Shown: piece after piece, positions 29,668-39,448 of the stretch
Numbering within the stretch: position 1 is the stretch's first letter
How the letters are laid out: the number at the start of each line of letters is the position of its first letter
The notes under the pieces: model-generated
The model's input: only the letters and a program-made list of their open reading frames with translations
The model's database searches: none
Told to the model about the DNA's origin: nothing
Program-made: the position numbers and the translations under genes
Origin: a virus
UHGV virus genome: UHGV-0020835
DNA: 64,000 nucleotides
Strand: one strand, 5' to 3'

Positions 29668-29690
29668 ATATCATCATCCTTTCTTAGTTA

Positions 29691-31595
29691 TTATCTATAA
29701 GTTCCTTCGCCAATAGAAGTAATATAAATATCCATATTAGATGAGGCCGTATTGTTTAATGTAACACTATTCTCGCCCGTTGTCCTCGTGCAAGTCCAAC
29801 CATTTAAGTTGGCAAGGACAGAAATCGTGACCCCATCAGGATAAACAGACACACATATTAACCCACCATGGCCATTGTCAGCCACAGTCAACAAATAAAC
29901 ACCATTAGACAGAGGCACATTCACAGAGCTATTGCCAGACACAACAACCTTAGCCTTTCTCACCACATCGCTCAGAGAAGCATCAACATAACCCTTATTG
30001 GGAATGTCTACAGCTTGAGTGGGTGGCTTTAGGACAGAGGCCGTGCCGTTAATAGTTAAATCGCCACCAACCTGTACATTACCTGAGAAATTACCAGCCT
30101 TAGCCACATTATCAACATACTGCTTATTGGCCAGATGGTTGTTCTCGGTGGGTGTACCTTGGTCAATCAAATGGCCTTTAGCCGTATATCTGGCAATGCT
30201 ACTACTAAGTCCAGCATCAGACACAACACACACATCTTGCTTTGAACCATTTTGTAGATAAGCCTTTATTACGCCGTTAGGAGAGTCTACAGCCTGTACG
30301 CACTTACCAGTACAACTATCAACATACTCTTTATTGGCGATTTGGTGAGGTTGGGTGGGTTGATCTGCAAGGGCTTCGCCAGCTAAAAAGCCCATATTAA
30401 CAGCATGACTATTTTGAGTAGGATTGCCTACTGATACAGGAACATATTCGCTATGGGACGATGCTTTAACAAAAGCCGCTTCCCCACTAGTAGAGCCAAC
30501 GAGCCGGGGCGCATTAACGCCTTGTTCAATCGTTGGCCCAATATAAATAGGTGCAATTCCATCCACATGAATCTTCTGTACATTGGTAATAGCGTTTGCA
30601 CCCATGTTGATATCGCCTGACATTGTGCCGCCAGACGTAGGCAGATAGTTATTGGTTTGCTTATTCCATGTCCCATCTACTGAATTATAAGAAATGGTAG
30701 ATACCTGTTTGCTTTCAGCATCAACATGACTAAAAGACACATCAGCAGCAGAGGACGCAGACACATTATAAGTATCACCATTGAGAGTGGCATATACCAG
30801 ACGCTTGTCTAAGATAGCTTGAGTAATCTCTTGGATAGTGGTGTTTGTAAGCAAACCAGCATTCTGGTCATGTCTAAATGTAACTACAAACGTTCTATCA
30901 TCTACATATTGCTTGGTAACAGCATGAGCGCCTTCTTGTGGATCGCCCGCTAAGGTTAAAGGCCCATTCATTATACCGCCATCTAAAGGTAGATACTCAG
31001 ACAAGTCAGCAGTGTAGTCAGCATCACTCCAAGTATCTCCGCTTTCATCATGACTATACTGAATCGCCCTCGTAACCACTCTTTGGCCACCAGTTTGTAC
31101 TTGTGTATACCCGAACGTAAAACCAGCTTTATTACCATTATCGGCAAACTGAGCGTTAATTAAAGGCAATCTAGAAGAATCATACTGTACAGCAATATTT
31201 TCTTTGCTGTCAAATGCGGCCTTAATCTGTACATAAGTCTTATCAGCCGTATAATGGCCTTGATTCTCCTCTGTCAACCCAATGATAAAATCAGCAGACG
31301 CAAACTCTTGCCAATGCGTAACATTACCATCATTACTCAGGAAATGGCCCGTTGTCTCAGAGGTGATAGGCGGAATGCCTGTGTCAACAGCCGTAGTAGT
31401 GTCAGGTTGTTCAATCCATTCATTACTAGCCTCATTATACCGATATGTTTTGCTTGTATCAATTTCATAAAAACTATCGCCATTATGAGCAACAAGTATA
31501 GTCTTATCATCAGCACTTAATCCGCAATATTCAGCATACCGCATAGCGTCATAAAATGCAGGGCGTTCAAGAGTAATCATTCTTGTGCCTCCCAT
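29691..31595 (-). CDS. putative tail fibre / receptor-binding protein
   Basis: 634-aa Gly/Thr/Asn-rich ORF with repetitive beta-rich segments, in the distal tail region. Confidence 0.4.
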   Translation of the reverse strand: MGGTRMITLERPAFYDAMRYAEYCGLSADDKTILVAHNGDSFYEIDTSKTYRYNEASNEWIEQPDTTTAVDTGIPPITSETTGHFLSNDGNVTHWQEFASADFIIGLTEENQGHYTADKTYVQIKAAFDSKENIAVQYDSSRLPLINAQFADNGNKAGFTFGYTQVQTGGQRVVTRAIQYSHDESGDTWSDADYTADLSEYLPLDGGIMNGPLTLAGDPQEGAHAVTKQYVDDRTFVVTFRHDQNAGLLTNTTIQEITQAILDKRLVYATLNGDTYNVSASSAADVSFSHVDAESKQVSTISYNSVDGTWNKQTNNYLPTSGGTMSGDINMGANAITNVQKIHVDGIAPIYIGPTIEQGVNAPRLVGSTSGEAAFVKASSHSEYVPVSVGNPTQNSHAVNMGFLAGEALADQPTQPHQIANKEYVDSCTGKCVQAVDSPNGVIKAYLQNGSKQDVCVVSDAGLSSSIARYTAKGHLIDQGTPTENNHLANKQYVDNVAKAGNFSGNVQVGGDLTINGTASVLKPPTQAVDIPNKGYVDASLSDVVRKAKVVVSGNSSVNVPLSNGVYLLTVADNGHGGLICVSVYPDGVTISVLANLNGWTCTRTTGENSVTLNNTASSNMDIYITSIGEGTYR

Positions 31596-31707
31596 CTTAT
31601 TATATTAGGAACATATCTAATGCTATCATATTTTTTTAGTTTCACTAGAGATACTGTTACAGCGCCATCATCATTAATAGTTCTGTATAAAATAACAGTC
31701 TGCATCA

Positions 31708-32580
31708 TTAACCCCCTGTATAGTCATAGTGGATTGTGGCGTTGGTGGCTCCCCAAGGAGCATCTGGGATTAAATTTTCAGACCAAGACACATAAATATC
31801 AGTTAAATTAGTACACCCCTCAAAAGCATTTGCGGCTATGGAAAGATATATCGCATCAGTAAGACTTAAATAAACCGTCTTTAAAGCCGTGCAAGATTTA
31901 AAACATTCTGATTCTATGTACAACATGTCTGATAAAGCTACTAAAGAAAACGTTTGTAAACTTGTACAGTATTCAAAAGCATTTGACTTAATTCTACCCA
32001 ATTTATTTGGTTTAAAAGTTATTTCTTTTAATCCTTTGCATTTTGAAAAAGCGTACTCGCCAATAGTCTTTACATTATCTTGTGAAAAATCTAAAGGAGG
32101 AAGAACCGTGCATCCTTCAAAAGCCCGCGACCCAATCTTTGTAATTGGTTCTGTCCAAGAAACAGAGGCTAATGCTGAACAATTCAAAAATAAGCCAGGT
32201 CTAATTTGTTTACCCACTGAACCGACTATTTCAGCAGAAATCAATTGATTGTTCTTGTACGTTTCTTTAATATAGGGCTCCGGAACAGAAGGAACAGAAG
32301 GGACATTAACAGTAATAGGACTATACGCCGTTCCCTCTGGAGCCGTTGTAACACCATTTTCAACAATTGTAATAGGTTCTATATTAACGCTACTTCCACC
32401 GGTTCCGGCTTTTTTAATCCAAGTTTTATTAGTTTTGTCAAATACATAAACTCTGCCAGTATCAATTTCTGTGAATTTTGAGCCGTTTTCTACGTTAATA
32501 GGTTTAGTGTCAATAGAGCGGCCAGCAAATGTTGAAATCTTGGGGTTGTTATATCCAGAAGGTCGAACTTGTGTTATCAT
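31708..32580 (-). CDS. leucine-rich-repeat (BspA-type) surface protein
   Basis: Repeated xAFxxCxxLxxIxLPxxxxxIGxxAF units typical of BspA-like LRRs. Confidence 0.5.
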   Translation of the reverse strand: MITQVRPSGYNNPKISTFAGRSIDTKPINVENGSKFTEIDTGRVYVFDKTNKTWIKKAGTGGSSVNIEPITIVENGVTTAPEGTAYSPITVNVPSVPSVPEPYIKETYKNNQLISAEIVGSVGKQIRPGLFLNCSALASVSWTEPITKIGSRAFEGCTVLPPLDFSQDNVKTIGEYAFSKCKGLKEITFKPNKLGRIKSNAFEYCTSLQTFSLVALSDMLYIESECFKSCTALKTVYLSLTDAIYLSIAANAFEGCTNLTDIYVSWSENLIPDAPWGATNATIHYDYTGG

Positions 32581-32626
32581 ATAAACACCTCACCTAATAA
32601 AATATTGTAATCTAATCACAATAAAA

Positions 32627-32662
32627 AAGATATGGGCCACTTTAACAAGTAACCCATATCTT
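32627..32662 (-). terminator. rho-independent terminator (minus strand) after the holin gene
   Basis: 10-bp stem aagatatggg/cccatatctt preceded on the plus strand by an A6 run, which is a U-run in the minus-strand RNA. Confidence 0.45.
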
Positions 32663-32675
32663 ACCTATTCTTTAT

Positions 32676-33041
32676 TTACTGTAAAATTTCCTTTAGTTTG
32701 GTATAAGCATCCTTCACATACTTACAACTAGCGCCTACAAACGCCGCGATAATAACTAAACTATCTAGCACATCCATTGTTTCTTCGCCAATATCAATGC
32801 CCACATAAGTCATATACTCAGGTAATAGACTAATAACAATAGATAGAAGAGCAATGCCGATACCAAGAACAACAAACTTTAAAAGGCTTTGCCCAATCAA
32901 CCGCCAATCAAAATCATAGCCCTCAATCTTAACATTGCGCCAAGCCCCTAGACAAATATTGCTGACATAAGCGCCTAGAAAAAGAACAACGCCGAAACCA
33001 ACTTTTTCAAGGTTGTCTAATACACAATAAACAATATTCAT
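32676..33041 (-). CDS. putative holin
   Basis: 121 aa with three predicted TM helices and a charged C-terminus, downstream of the XkdW/XkdX-like genes. Confidence 0.4.
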   Translation of the reverse strand: MNIVYCVLDNLEKVGFGVVLFLGAYVSNICLGAWRNVKIEGYDFDWRLIGQSLLKFVVLGIGIALLSIVISLLPEYMTYVGIDIGEETMDVLDSLVIIAAFVGASCKYVKDAYTKLKEILQ

Positions 33042-33043
33042 GT

Positions 33044-33292
33044 TTACTCCTTTGCCTGAAAAGCCCGATCAAACTCACGGCACATATCAGAATATTCCTG
33101 AGTGCCTTGAGCAGGAATTTTATTTTGCAGAGAAATATAAGACACCTCATCTGCACCAGAATAATGGGGTAGATCGGGATGGCCAGCATTACGAATATTG
33201 GCAAGGAACATACGTGCTGCAACATCCCAAGATACATTCTGCTTGTTAGCAATGGCAATAATTTCCTTCTTGTACTCAATAAGTTTAAACAT
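33044..33292 (-). CDS. hypothetical protein
   Basis: 82-aa ORF between the XkdX-like gene and the holin. Confidence 0.35.
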   Translation of the reverse strand: MFKLIEYKKEIIAIANKQNVSWDVAARMFLANIRNAGHPDLPHYSGADEVSYISLQNKIPAQGTQEYSDMCREFDRAFQAKE

Positions 33293-33405
33293 TATTTTTC
33301 CTCCTTTAGGATATTATCATATTCTTCTTTTGTTAGCTTCTTTGCTTTGTACAAAGCATCAATCCTTTCTTTGCTCCAAAGATAAGGATAATATTTTTTG
33401 GCCAT
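33292..33405 (-). CDS. XkdX-like small protein (about 37 aa)
   Basis: MAKKYYPYLWSKERIDALYKAKKLTKEEYDNILKEEK shows the XkdX-type KxxLTxEEYxxI pattern. Its TAATG overlaps the next gene. Below the ORF-track cut-off. Confidence 0.35.
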   Translation of the reverse strand: MAKKYYPYLWSKERIDALYKAKKLTKEEYDNILKEEK

Positions 33406-33416
33406 TTCATAAACCG

Positions 33417-33701
33417 TCAAGATAACTCAACCCCAGTCATTACAGATAAATAATCAACATCTGCGCGTAATTTTTCTTCTTCTGTAGGCACGGGAATGTA
33501 GGTGGATTCAGGGACTTCTTTGGCGGTTAATTCAATAACTTTTCCTTGCTTATTTAATACAATATCAACAAAAGGATAAGATTCAGGAATAACCACCCCA
33601 GAAGGGATTTCTACCCAACCTTCAGGAATATCCATATGGTCATCAAAAGACAAATTGTTGTGAGCGCCGTTTTCTAGCGCTTTTAGTTCAATAATTCTCA
33701 T
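33417..33701 (-). CDS. XkdW-like protein, homolog of the 40456..40764 ORF
   Basis: MRIIELKALENGAHNN...EGWVEIP...TEEEKLRADVDYL aligns with MTIIEKTARPDGGHG...EEWAEVP...TEEEDTNALLVDHEY. Confidence 0.4.
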   Translation of the reverse strand: MRIIELKALENGAHNNLSFDDHMDIPEGWVEIPSGVVIPESYPFVDIVLNKQGKVIELTAKEVPESTYIPVPTEEEKLRADVDYLSVMTGVELS

Positions 33702-34714
33702 TTTATAGCGCTCCTATCCGTACCTATTCCCCAATAATAGTAAGTTGTGTTGACCAAATTATATTTTGAACCATGGACAGGGTCTAAAGTTAATGTCACA
33801 TAATTTTGCGTTCCATTATAATAGGCTGACCATATAGTTTTAAGTGTTGTAGAACCCGAAGTATAAACCACTGGAGTAGTGCCCCACGGGATAAAAAATA
33901 CAACAGAACGGTTAGAATTAGTTTCACCACCATAAATAATTCCATAAATAATGGGCTTAAAAGGGAAATACAAATTTTTAATTACCGAGCCCGTGCCTTC
34001 GTACTTTCCAATAAAAATCTTTTTGCTCTCTAATGCGTTATCATTGGGCACCCCAAGATATACATATTCTATATCATTGACAATTTGATTTTTAGGATAG
34101 GCATTAAAATTGGACGAATAAACATATTCCCATTCACCAAGCGCTCTTTTCGCCGACACTCGATCACCAGAAAAAGTAATAAAATAATTACTTCCGGGTG
34201 AAGCATCAGAAGTATCAGACCCAGTTGCGGTGGTTACTTTGGCCACAAAGGGGTTTTCAGTAGCTGTATGAACACTTGTATCAACTTTTACAGCATTGCA
34301 CTTTACATAATAGTCAGCCGCAGCGTTTAAAGAAGTATAATTTGAAGCAGAAACATTAATCGTACCAACCACATCTTTAAGTGCCCAAGTATTTGTCGGT
34401 TCGTCATAAGTATAGCCCGATGCGTATTGGATGGTACTCACCGATCCAGACGAACTCCCCGTATACAGATAAAGTTTTGGATATGAATTTTCTGTTATTT
34501 CTAAAACATTGCTTCTTTTTTTCCAACAATATAAATAATTCTTACTCAATACTTCCAACGCATCGCCGACACTTGTCTTACTCGTCCCCGCGCCAAAGAA
34601 ATTTTCTGCGGTAGTTTGATTCATTTTAACCTGAGCATCGTTGGTAATGGGATATAAAATATCATAATCTGTACCATTAAACTGTTTCATCAAAATATTT
34701 TTATCAATTGCCAT
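33698..34714 (-). CDS. putative tail fibre / distal tail protein
   Basis: 338-aa Thr/Ser/Tyr-rich beta protein upstream of the chaperone-like pair. Confidence 0.35.
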   Translation of the reverse strand: MAIDKNILMKQFNGTDYDILYPITNDAQVKMNQTTAENFFGAGTSKTSVGDALEVLSKNYLYCWKKRSNVLEITENSYPKLYLYTGSSSGSVSTIQYASGYTYDEPTNTWALKDVVGTINVSASNYTSLNAAADYYVKCNAVKVDTSVHTATENPFVAKVTTATGSDTSDASPGSNYFITFSGDRVSAKRALGEWEYVYSSNFNAYPKNQIVNDIEYVYLGVPNDNALESKKIFIGKYEGTGSVIKNLYFPFKPIIYGIIYGGETNSNRSVVFFIPWGTTPVVYTSGSTTLKTIWSAYYNGTQNYVTLTLDPVHGSKYNLVNTTYYYWGIGTDRSAIK

Positions 34715-34732
34715 TATCTCACCCCTTTATTT

Positions 34733-35323
34733 TTAAACAATTCTCATAATATAGCACAGCGCATAGTAAGGGGGCATGTTTTCATGTGGTTGTCCTCCGC
34801 CTGTGGCTTCGGCTGTTGCAGTAATAGTGTGCGTGTGTTCTCCAGCTGTCGAAGTACCATAGCTCCCCGAATAGCTACCTAGGCCATAAGAAGTACCCGT
34901 ATTGCCGTGGCCAAAAGAATCATAGTTTATGTCATGGCTATGTGAGCCATCGGAACTCGTGCTTCCGGTAACCATGTGTGTGTGAGAAGGCATGTTTTCA
35001 ACGCTTAAACTGGCCGTGCTAGAGCCCCCGGTTTGGCCAACACTATAATTATTCCCCGCGCCCAAAACAAATTTGTCTCTTAAATCTGGTGTTCCATTCG
35101 TGCCATCACACAGATGCCAATTTGCTGGAATGTTGTTTTCTGTCCCACTCCATGCAACGATTGTTCCCTTTGGAACAGAAATCGAACCAGCTATAGCATT
35201 ATTGAGCTCTTGTTCAAAACTGGTGTAATTTGTATTGATTTGCTGAATCATCTCATTAAATCGTTCCATTGTGAACAAATCGCTACTTTGAAAATATCTT
35301 ATCTCGCTAATGATTACCACCAT
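34733..35323 (-). CDS. tail fibre protein with phage tail-collar domain
   Basis: The collar-domain signature appears as VPKGTIVAWSG...IPANWHLCDGTNGTPDLRDKFVLGAG. A Gly/Ser/His-rich repeat lies in the C-terminal half. Confidence 0.5.
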   Translation of the reverse strand: MVVIISEIRYFQSSDLFTMERFNEMIQQINTNYTSFEQELNNAIAGSISVPKGTIVAWSGTENNIPANWHLCDGTNGTPDLRDKFVLGAGNNYSVGQTGGSSTASLSVENMPSHTHMVTGSTSSDGSHSHDINYDSFGHGNTGTSYGLGSYSGSYGTSTAGEHTHTITATAEATGGGQPHENMPPYYALCYIMRIV

Positions 35324-35404
35324 CCTCTATCTATATAATACCATGTTAATCCTAATCTATTAACCTCTCCAAACGTATAATTTAGTTTATCAATATCACC
35401 AAAA

Positions 35405-35695
35405 CTATAGGGGGGGGGAGTTTGTCCAATCAAAATACACCTGTCCTTCGTCTAAATCTGTGGGAACTTGTGGCGTGACTTCAATCTTATCCCTCAAAAA
35501 CAAAGGATCATTTAATTCCTCAACCTCTACGATTTTAGATGTTAAAGCATTAAGTGTTTGTGCTGTTAGACCCTTATATACTAATTGTTCGTTTTCGGCA
35601 ATGCTTACCGCAGTACCATAATCGCCATTTTTCCATGCTTGCTGGATTTGCGTCCATAATGATTTATCAGCTAATTGAATGTCAGAAAATTTCAT
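35405..35695 (-). CDS. hypothetical tail protein ending in a poly-C(9) tract
   Basis: 96-aa ORF ending ...SPPL. Its last codons lie in a G9/C9 homopolymer at 35410..35418. Confidence 0.4.
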   Translation of the reverse strand: MKFSDIQLADKSLWTQIQQAWKNGDYGTAVSIAENEQLVYKGLTAQTLNALTSKIVEVEELNDPLFLRDKIEVTPQVPTDLDEGQVYFDWTNSPPL

Positions 35696-35704
35696 TCAAT
35701 CACC

Positions 35705-36022
35705 TCAATTTGTTACTTCAAACCAAAAATCAGTAGCGTTTTGAAGAACAGGCTGTGTTTTAGATACCACATAAGCTGGGCTATATCGGCGTTCAAAGTA
35801 TTCTTCTACAGCAACTACCGTATCATTGATTGTATTAAGATAATCAGCGGTAATTATTTTGTTTTGGTTGTTTGGGATTTGAACAAGAATTTGTTGGGCA
35901 AGAGCGAGATCGCCAGCTTGAATTGCCGCTTGATATTGTGCTACAAGTGCGCCATCAGAGGCAGAGATATTTTGCATTTGTGGAAAAACTTGAGTTTGTC
36001 CCGGAAATGAAGTAGCCACCAA
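35705..36022 (-). CDS. hypothetical tail protein
   Basis: 105-aa ORF, translationally coupled. Confidence 0.4.
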   Translation of the reverse strand: MVATSFPGQTQVFPQMQNISASDGALVAQYQAAIQAGDLALAQQILVQIPNNQNKIITADYLNTINDTVVAVEEYFERRYSPAYVVSKTQPVLQNATDFWFEVTN

Positions 36023-36034
36023 TTATCGCCTCCT

Positions 36035-37459
36035 TTAATAAAGTGGATAGTATGGATAAAAACTAATCATTGACACTGACATGGTTGATGTAACACTACT
36101 ATAATCAACAGAATAAGATTTAACAATATATCTATTTTGCGTTTTGCTGTCTTTAGAGGCATGAGATACAACAATATTTACATCCATCCAAGGTATAGGC
36201 ACAATCTCTAATGAAATGCTATCATTAAGCCGACATTTCCAATAAATCTCTATTTTAGCCCTCTCTAAAGCCAGTTCATCAGACATAATGTTGTCATAAT
36301 CGCCCCCATATAAAACTTCCCTAATTCTTCCAACGGGGCCGTTTACGTAAAAAGGGCTATCTGGATTATCATCTTGCCATATAGCCTTAGCTTGCTGTCC
36401 TCCTAAAAACAACCAAGTCCCATTGGTTTGATACTGTGCGACATAATACACATTATTTTTAAGAGAAGTAATGTGTGCGTTGGTAGAGCTTACAAGATCT
36501 TTACTGCCGAAAGAATTGACGGCTAATTTAATATCGCCACTCACATCTTTGTCCGGTGTAAAGCCAATAATATTATAAGCATTAAGCGTAGTTAAATCAG
36601 CAATTGTCATTGAAATAACTGGGCCCGATACGCTAATTTCAGAAGGGTAATAATTAGATTCATGTGTACGGCCATATACCTCAATATAATTCTTAACAGT
36701 GGTAAAGTCTGTATTGATATTTTCGCCAACAATCACGTTTTCCCAAACATCATCATCAATTAGTACAGAATCATCTTCTCCGGTTGGAATAGGCTCATAA
36801 TGAAATACGCCGTCTACATCGAAATAAATTTGATATTGCGGTAAAATATCCCTTAGCTTTGACAAAATATCAAACACATAGCCGCCTTGGTCAATCTCTA
36901 TATCATAGGGCACGGCTTGCACAGTACCATCCCGATTAGTGCATTCGCTAACAATATATTTGGTAAATCCACCTAGTTTAAGCGACGCTATTATGGCTTC
37001 GCGCACAGATTCACCTTGCTTAATAACTGTGGGAACGCCCTCAAGTTGGCCGTTTCTCGCGCCAGTCAGCTTAGACATCAAATCAAGGCCAGAAAAAGAC
37101 AAAACATTATTAGTGGCATCATATTGCCAAGAAGGCGCATCAATTAAATAAATTCCTTGATTATACCATTGAATTTCATCCGTATAAATGTTTTTAAGGC
37201 CAATGTATACTTGAATATATTTGTCTAGCCAAATGCGTCCTCCTGGCTGAATGTCAAATGTTTTATTAACAACCACAAGACTGACATCACAACTTCGCCT
37301 TAAATCACTATCAGCATCACACCGAACGGAACAAGACACCATGTTGCCACTAATTTCGTCTACGATATTATAATTAAAATCAAGCAGATTAATTTTAATA
37401 TATCTTTCTGTAGTCCGTTGCTTGATGATATTATAATCATTTTGTGTGATATTTAGCAT
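36035..37459 (-). CDS. putative baseplate (J-like) protein
   Basis: 474 aa. Size and position between baseplate and fibre genes. Confidence 0.35.
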   Translation of the reverse strand: MLNITQNDYNIIKQRTTERYIKINLLDFNYNIVDEISGNMVSCSVRCDADSDLRRSCDVSLVVVNKTFDIQPGGRIWLDKYIQVYIGLKNIYTDEIQWYNQGIYLIDAPSWQYDATNNVLSFSGLDLMSKLTGARNGQLEGVPTVIKQGESVREAIIASLKLGGFTKYIVSECTNRDGTVQAVPYDIEIDQGGYVFDILSKLRDILPQYQIYFDVDGVFHYEPIPTGEDDSVLIDDDVWENVIVGENINTDFTTVKNYIEVYGRTHESNYYPSEISVSGPVISMTIADLTTLNAYNIIGFTPDKDVSGDIKLAVNSFGSKDLVSSTNAHITSLKNNVYYVAQYQTNGTWLFLGGQQAKAIWQDDNPDSPFYVNGPVGRIREVLYGGDYDNIMSDELALERAKIEIYWKCRLNDSISLEIVPIPWMDVNIVVSHASKDSKTQNRYIVKSYSVDYSSVTSTMSVSMISFYPYYPLY

Positions 37460-37463
37460 ATCA

Positions 37464-38372
37464 TCACCTCTTCGTAGGGATTAGGCCATTTTCATATAGG
37501 TCGTTTTTATCATTGGGATCGCCAATTTCTGTCCATTCGGCACTAACCTTAACCATGCCTTGACCATAGTTATTAGCATAACTCAGACTAGGATTGCCAG
37601 TAAAATAGACCAGCCAATTATTACCATTCATATCTTTAATAATTTTTGGCTTTTTATTTGTTAAGAAATTAAGCAAAGATTCTTTTTCTTTCGTAATAGC
37701 ATATCTATCAACCAATCTGTCTTTTTCAAAGTTCTTAGGTAGCACCCATCCCCCAATAGAGCCAGATTTATATTGCATGACGCTATTGCTTACTACAACA
37801 GGATATTTCCTGTTATAAGGCTGAAATACGCCAATCTGTTGATTAACAGTGTTGTTATTATATTCTACGTCAGCCATAAACTTAAACACCGTGTTTATAT
37901 CACAAATAAACACGCCTTCAAATTTGGACAAAATAGATTCAATAATATAACTGCCTTCAACATCCCCCAGCATAGGCACAAAAGCATACTCGTATTCAAC
38001 GCCATATGCGTTTAAATTATCGGTGATTACAAAAGATAAATCTTCTGTGGTATTGACAGGGACTTCTTTAATTGTTATCCAATCAAAGGTTCCTTTTATA
38101 CGCCGTTTTACACGAATACTGGTAATATCTTTCCACATTTGCTCAACGTTACCAGCTAACACATTGCCATTGAAATTGGCACCCATAATAGTGTCTAAAT
38201 CCCATTCAGTAGGCTGAATAGAGTTATAATCAAATATTACATTTTTTGTTACATTAAAATGGTCAAAAATGCCATTTTGTAATTTAGTGTTTACAATCTT
38301 ATTGATACCTGTTGGCGTTGGGTCAGCCGAGTTGCCATCACCACAAAGGTTATATCCAATAAACCCAATCAA
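37464..38372 (-). CDS. putative baseplate protein
   Basis: 302 aa, translationally coupled. Confidence 0.35.
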   Translation of the reverse strand: MIGFIGYNLCGDGNSADPTPTGINKIVNTKLQNGIFDHFNVTKNVIFDYNSIQPTEWDLDTIMGANFNGNVLAGNVEQMWKDITSIRVKRRIKGTFDWITIKEVPVNTTEDLSFVITDNLNAYGVEYEYAFVPMLGDVEGSYIIESILSKFEGVFICDINTVFKFMADVEYNNNTVNQQIGVFQPYNRKYPVVVSNSVMQYKSGSIGGWVLPKNFEKDRLVDRYAITKEKESLLNFLTNKKPKIIKDMNGNNWLVYFTGNPSLSYANNYGQGMVKVSAEWTEIGDPNDKNDLYENGLIPTKR

Positions 38373-39448
38373 ACCTCAACACCTCGATTCTCAATCTTTA
38401 ATTCATACACATTATTTATTCGTCTTAACCAGCAAAACAATTGTTCTGTACTATCAGGCAGAGCAATGTGTTGAGACTCTATTACATACCCCCAAAGATT
38501 CCTTTCATGAACAGCCCTCATTTCAAACCAACAACTTTCATCTTTAGCGCAATATGTAATAATAATAGTATCACCATTGACATTGCTAAACCTAAAAATT
38601 TCTTTGTTAGGCGTGTAATCTCGCCCCCAAATACGTGTAGTAAAGTCGCCATCTATTTCATACCCTTGTGTCCATTGAACATATTGTCCTTCTCCTCTTA
38701 TATCAATTTCTTTATTATCAATATAGGTGGGCGAAGGAGGATTTGTTTCGCCATCAATAGCGATAACGTTTGAAACAATAGTAATATATCCGCCTTGGCA
38801 ATTGTTGGACAAAAACAAAGAGCTAAAAGCATCAGGGGCAATGTAGTTCGTGGTAAAGCCAATTCGCCCCGTAGTAATTTGTGTGCCGTTTGTAGTAACA
38901 CCAGTTACTTCAACACTGTAACTAGCCTTATCCTCAAATCCGCTAAATAAATAACTAATATTCAATGGTAAGGTAGTATCAGTATTATACATTGTGCCAG
39001 ACGTGCTAATTAAAGTGCCTGAAATACTATAAAGATTAAATACATAAGCATTAAGTGTTTCGCCTTGAATCTGATTATATTGCACATTAAAAGCAAAGCT
39101 ACTATTGGTCACCACATTGCCAGTCGGCATATTACTAATAACAAACGTAGGCTGACTATAACAATAGAACTGAATGGGGTTGGACGGGCTGGATTCATTG
39201 CCCTGTGCATCTTTAGTGGTCAAAGTGGCCTGATAATATGTGCCGTTGGTTAACGTATTGGCAGGTAGCGTATGCTCAAACCGATAGGTTGTCTGAGTCT
39301 GAGAGTACACAGTGGTCAAAGTTACGTTGTCTTTAATTGTTAGGGTATTTGCTACAACTTGCGGGCCACTAATTGACGCAAATGTAAACACCATAGAGTT
39401 TTGCGCATCAAAAGCTGGAATGGAATATAAAATAGGAGTTGTCAACAT
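38369..39448 (-). CDS. putative distal tail / baseplate protein
   Basis: 359-aa Thr/Asn-rich ORF. Confidence 0.35.
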   Translation of the reverse strand: MLTTPILYSIPAFDAQNSMVFTFASISGPQVVANTLTIKDNVTLTTVYSQTQTTYRFEHTLPANTLTNGTYYQATLTTKDAQGNESSPSNPIQFYCYSQPTFVISNMPTGNVVTNSSFAFNVQYNQIQGETLNAYVFNLYSISGTLISTSGTMYNTDTTLPLNISYLFSGFEDKASYSVEVTGVTTNGTQITTGRIGFTTNYIAPDAFSSLFLSNNCQGGYITIVSNVIAIDGETNPPSPTYIDNKEIDIRGEGQYVQWTQGYEIDGDFTTRIWGRDYTPNKEIFRFSNVNGDTIIITYCAKDESCWFEMRAVHERNLWGYVIESQHIALPDSTEQLFCWLRRINNVYELKIENRGVEV

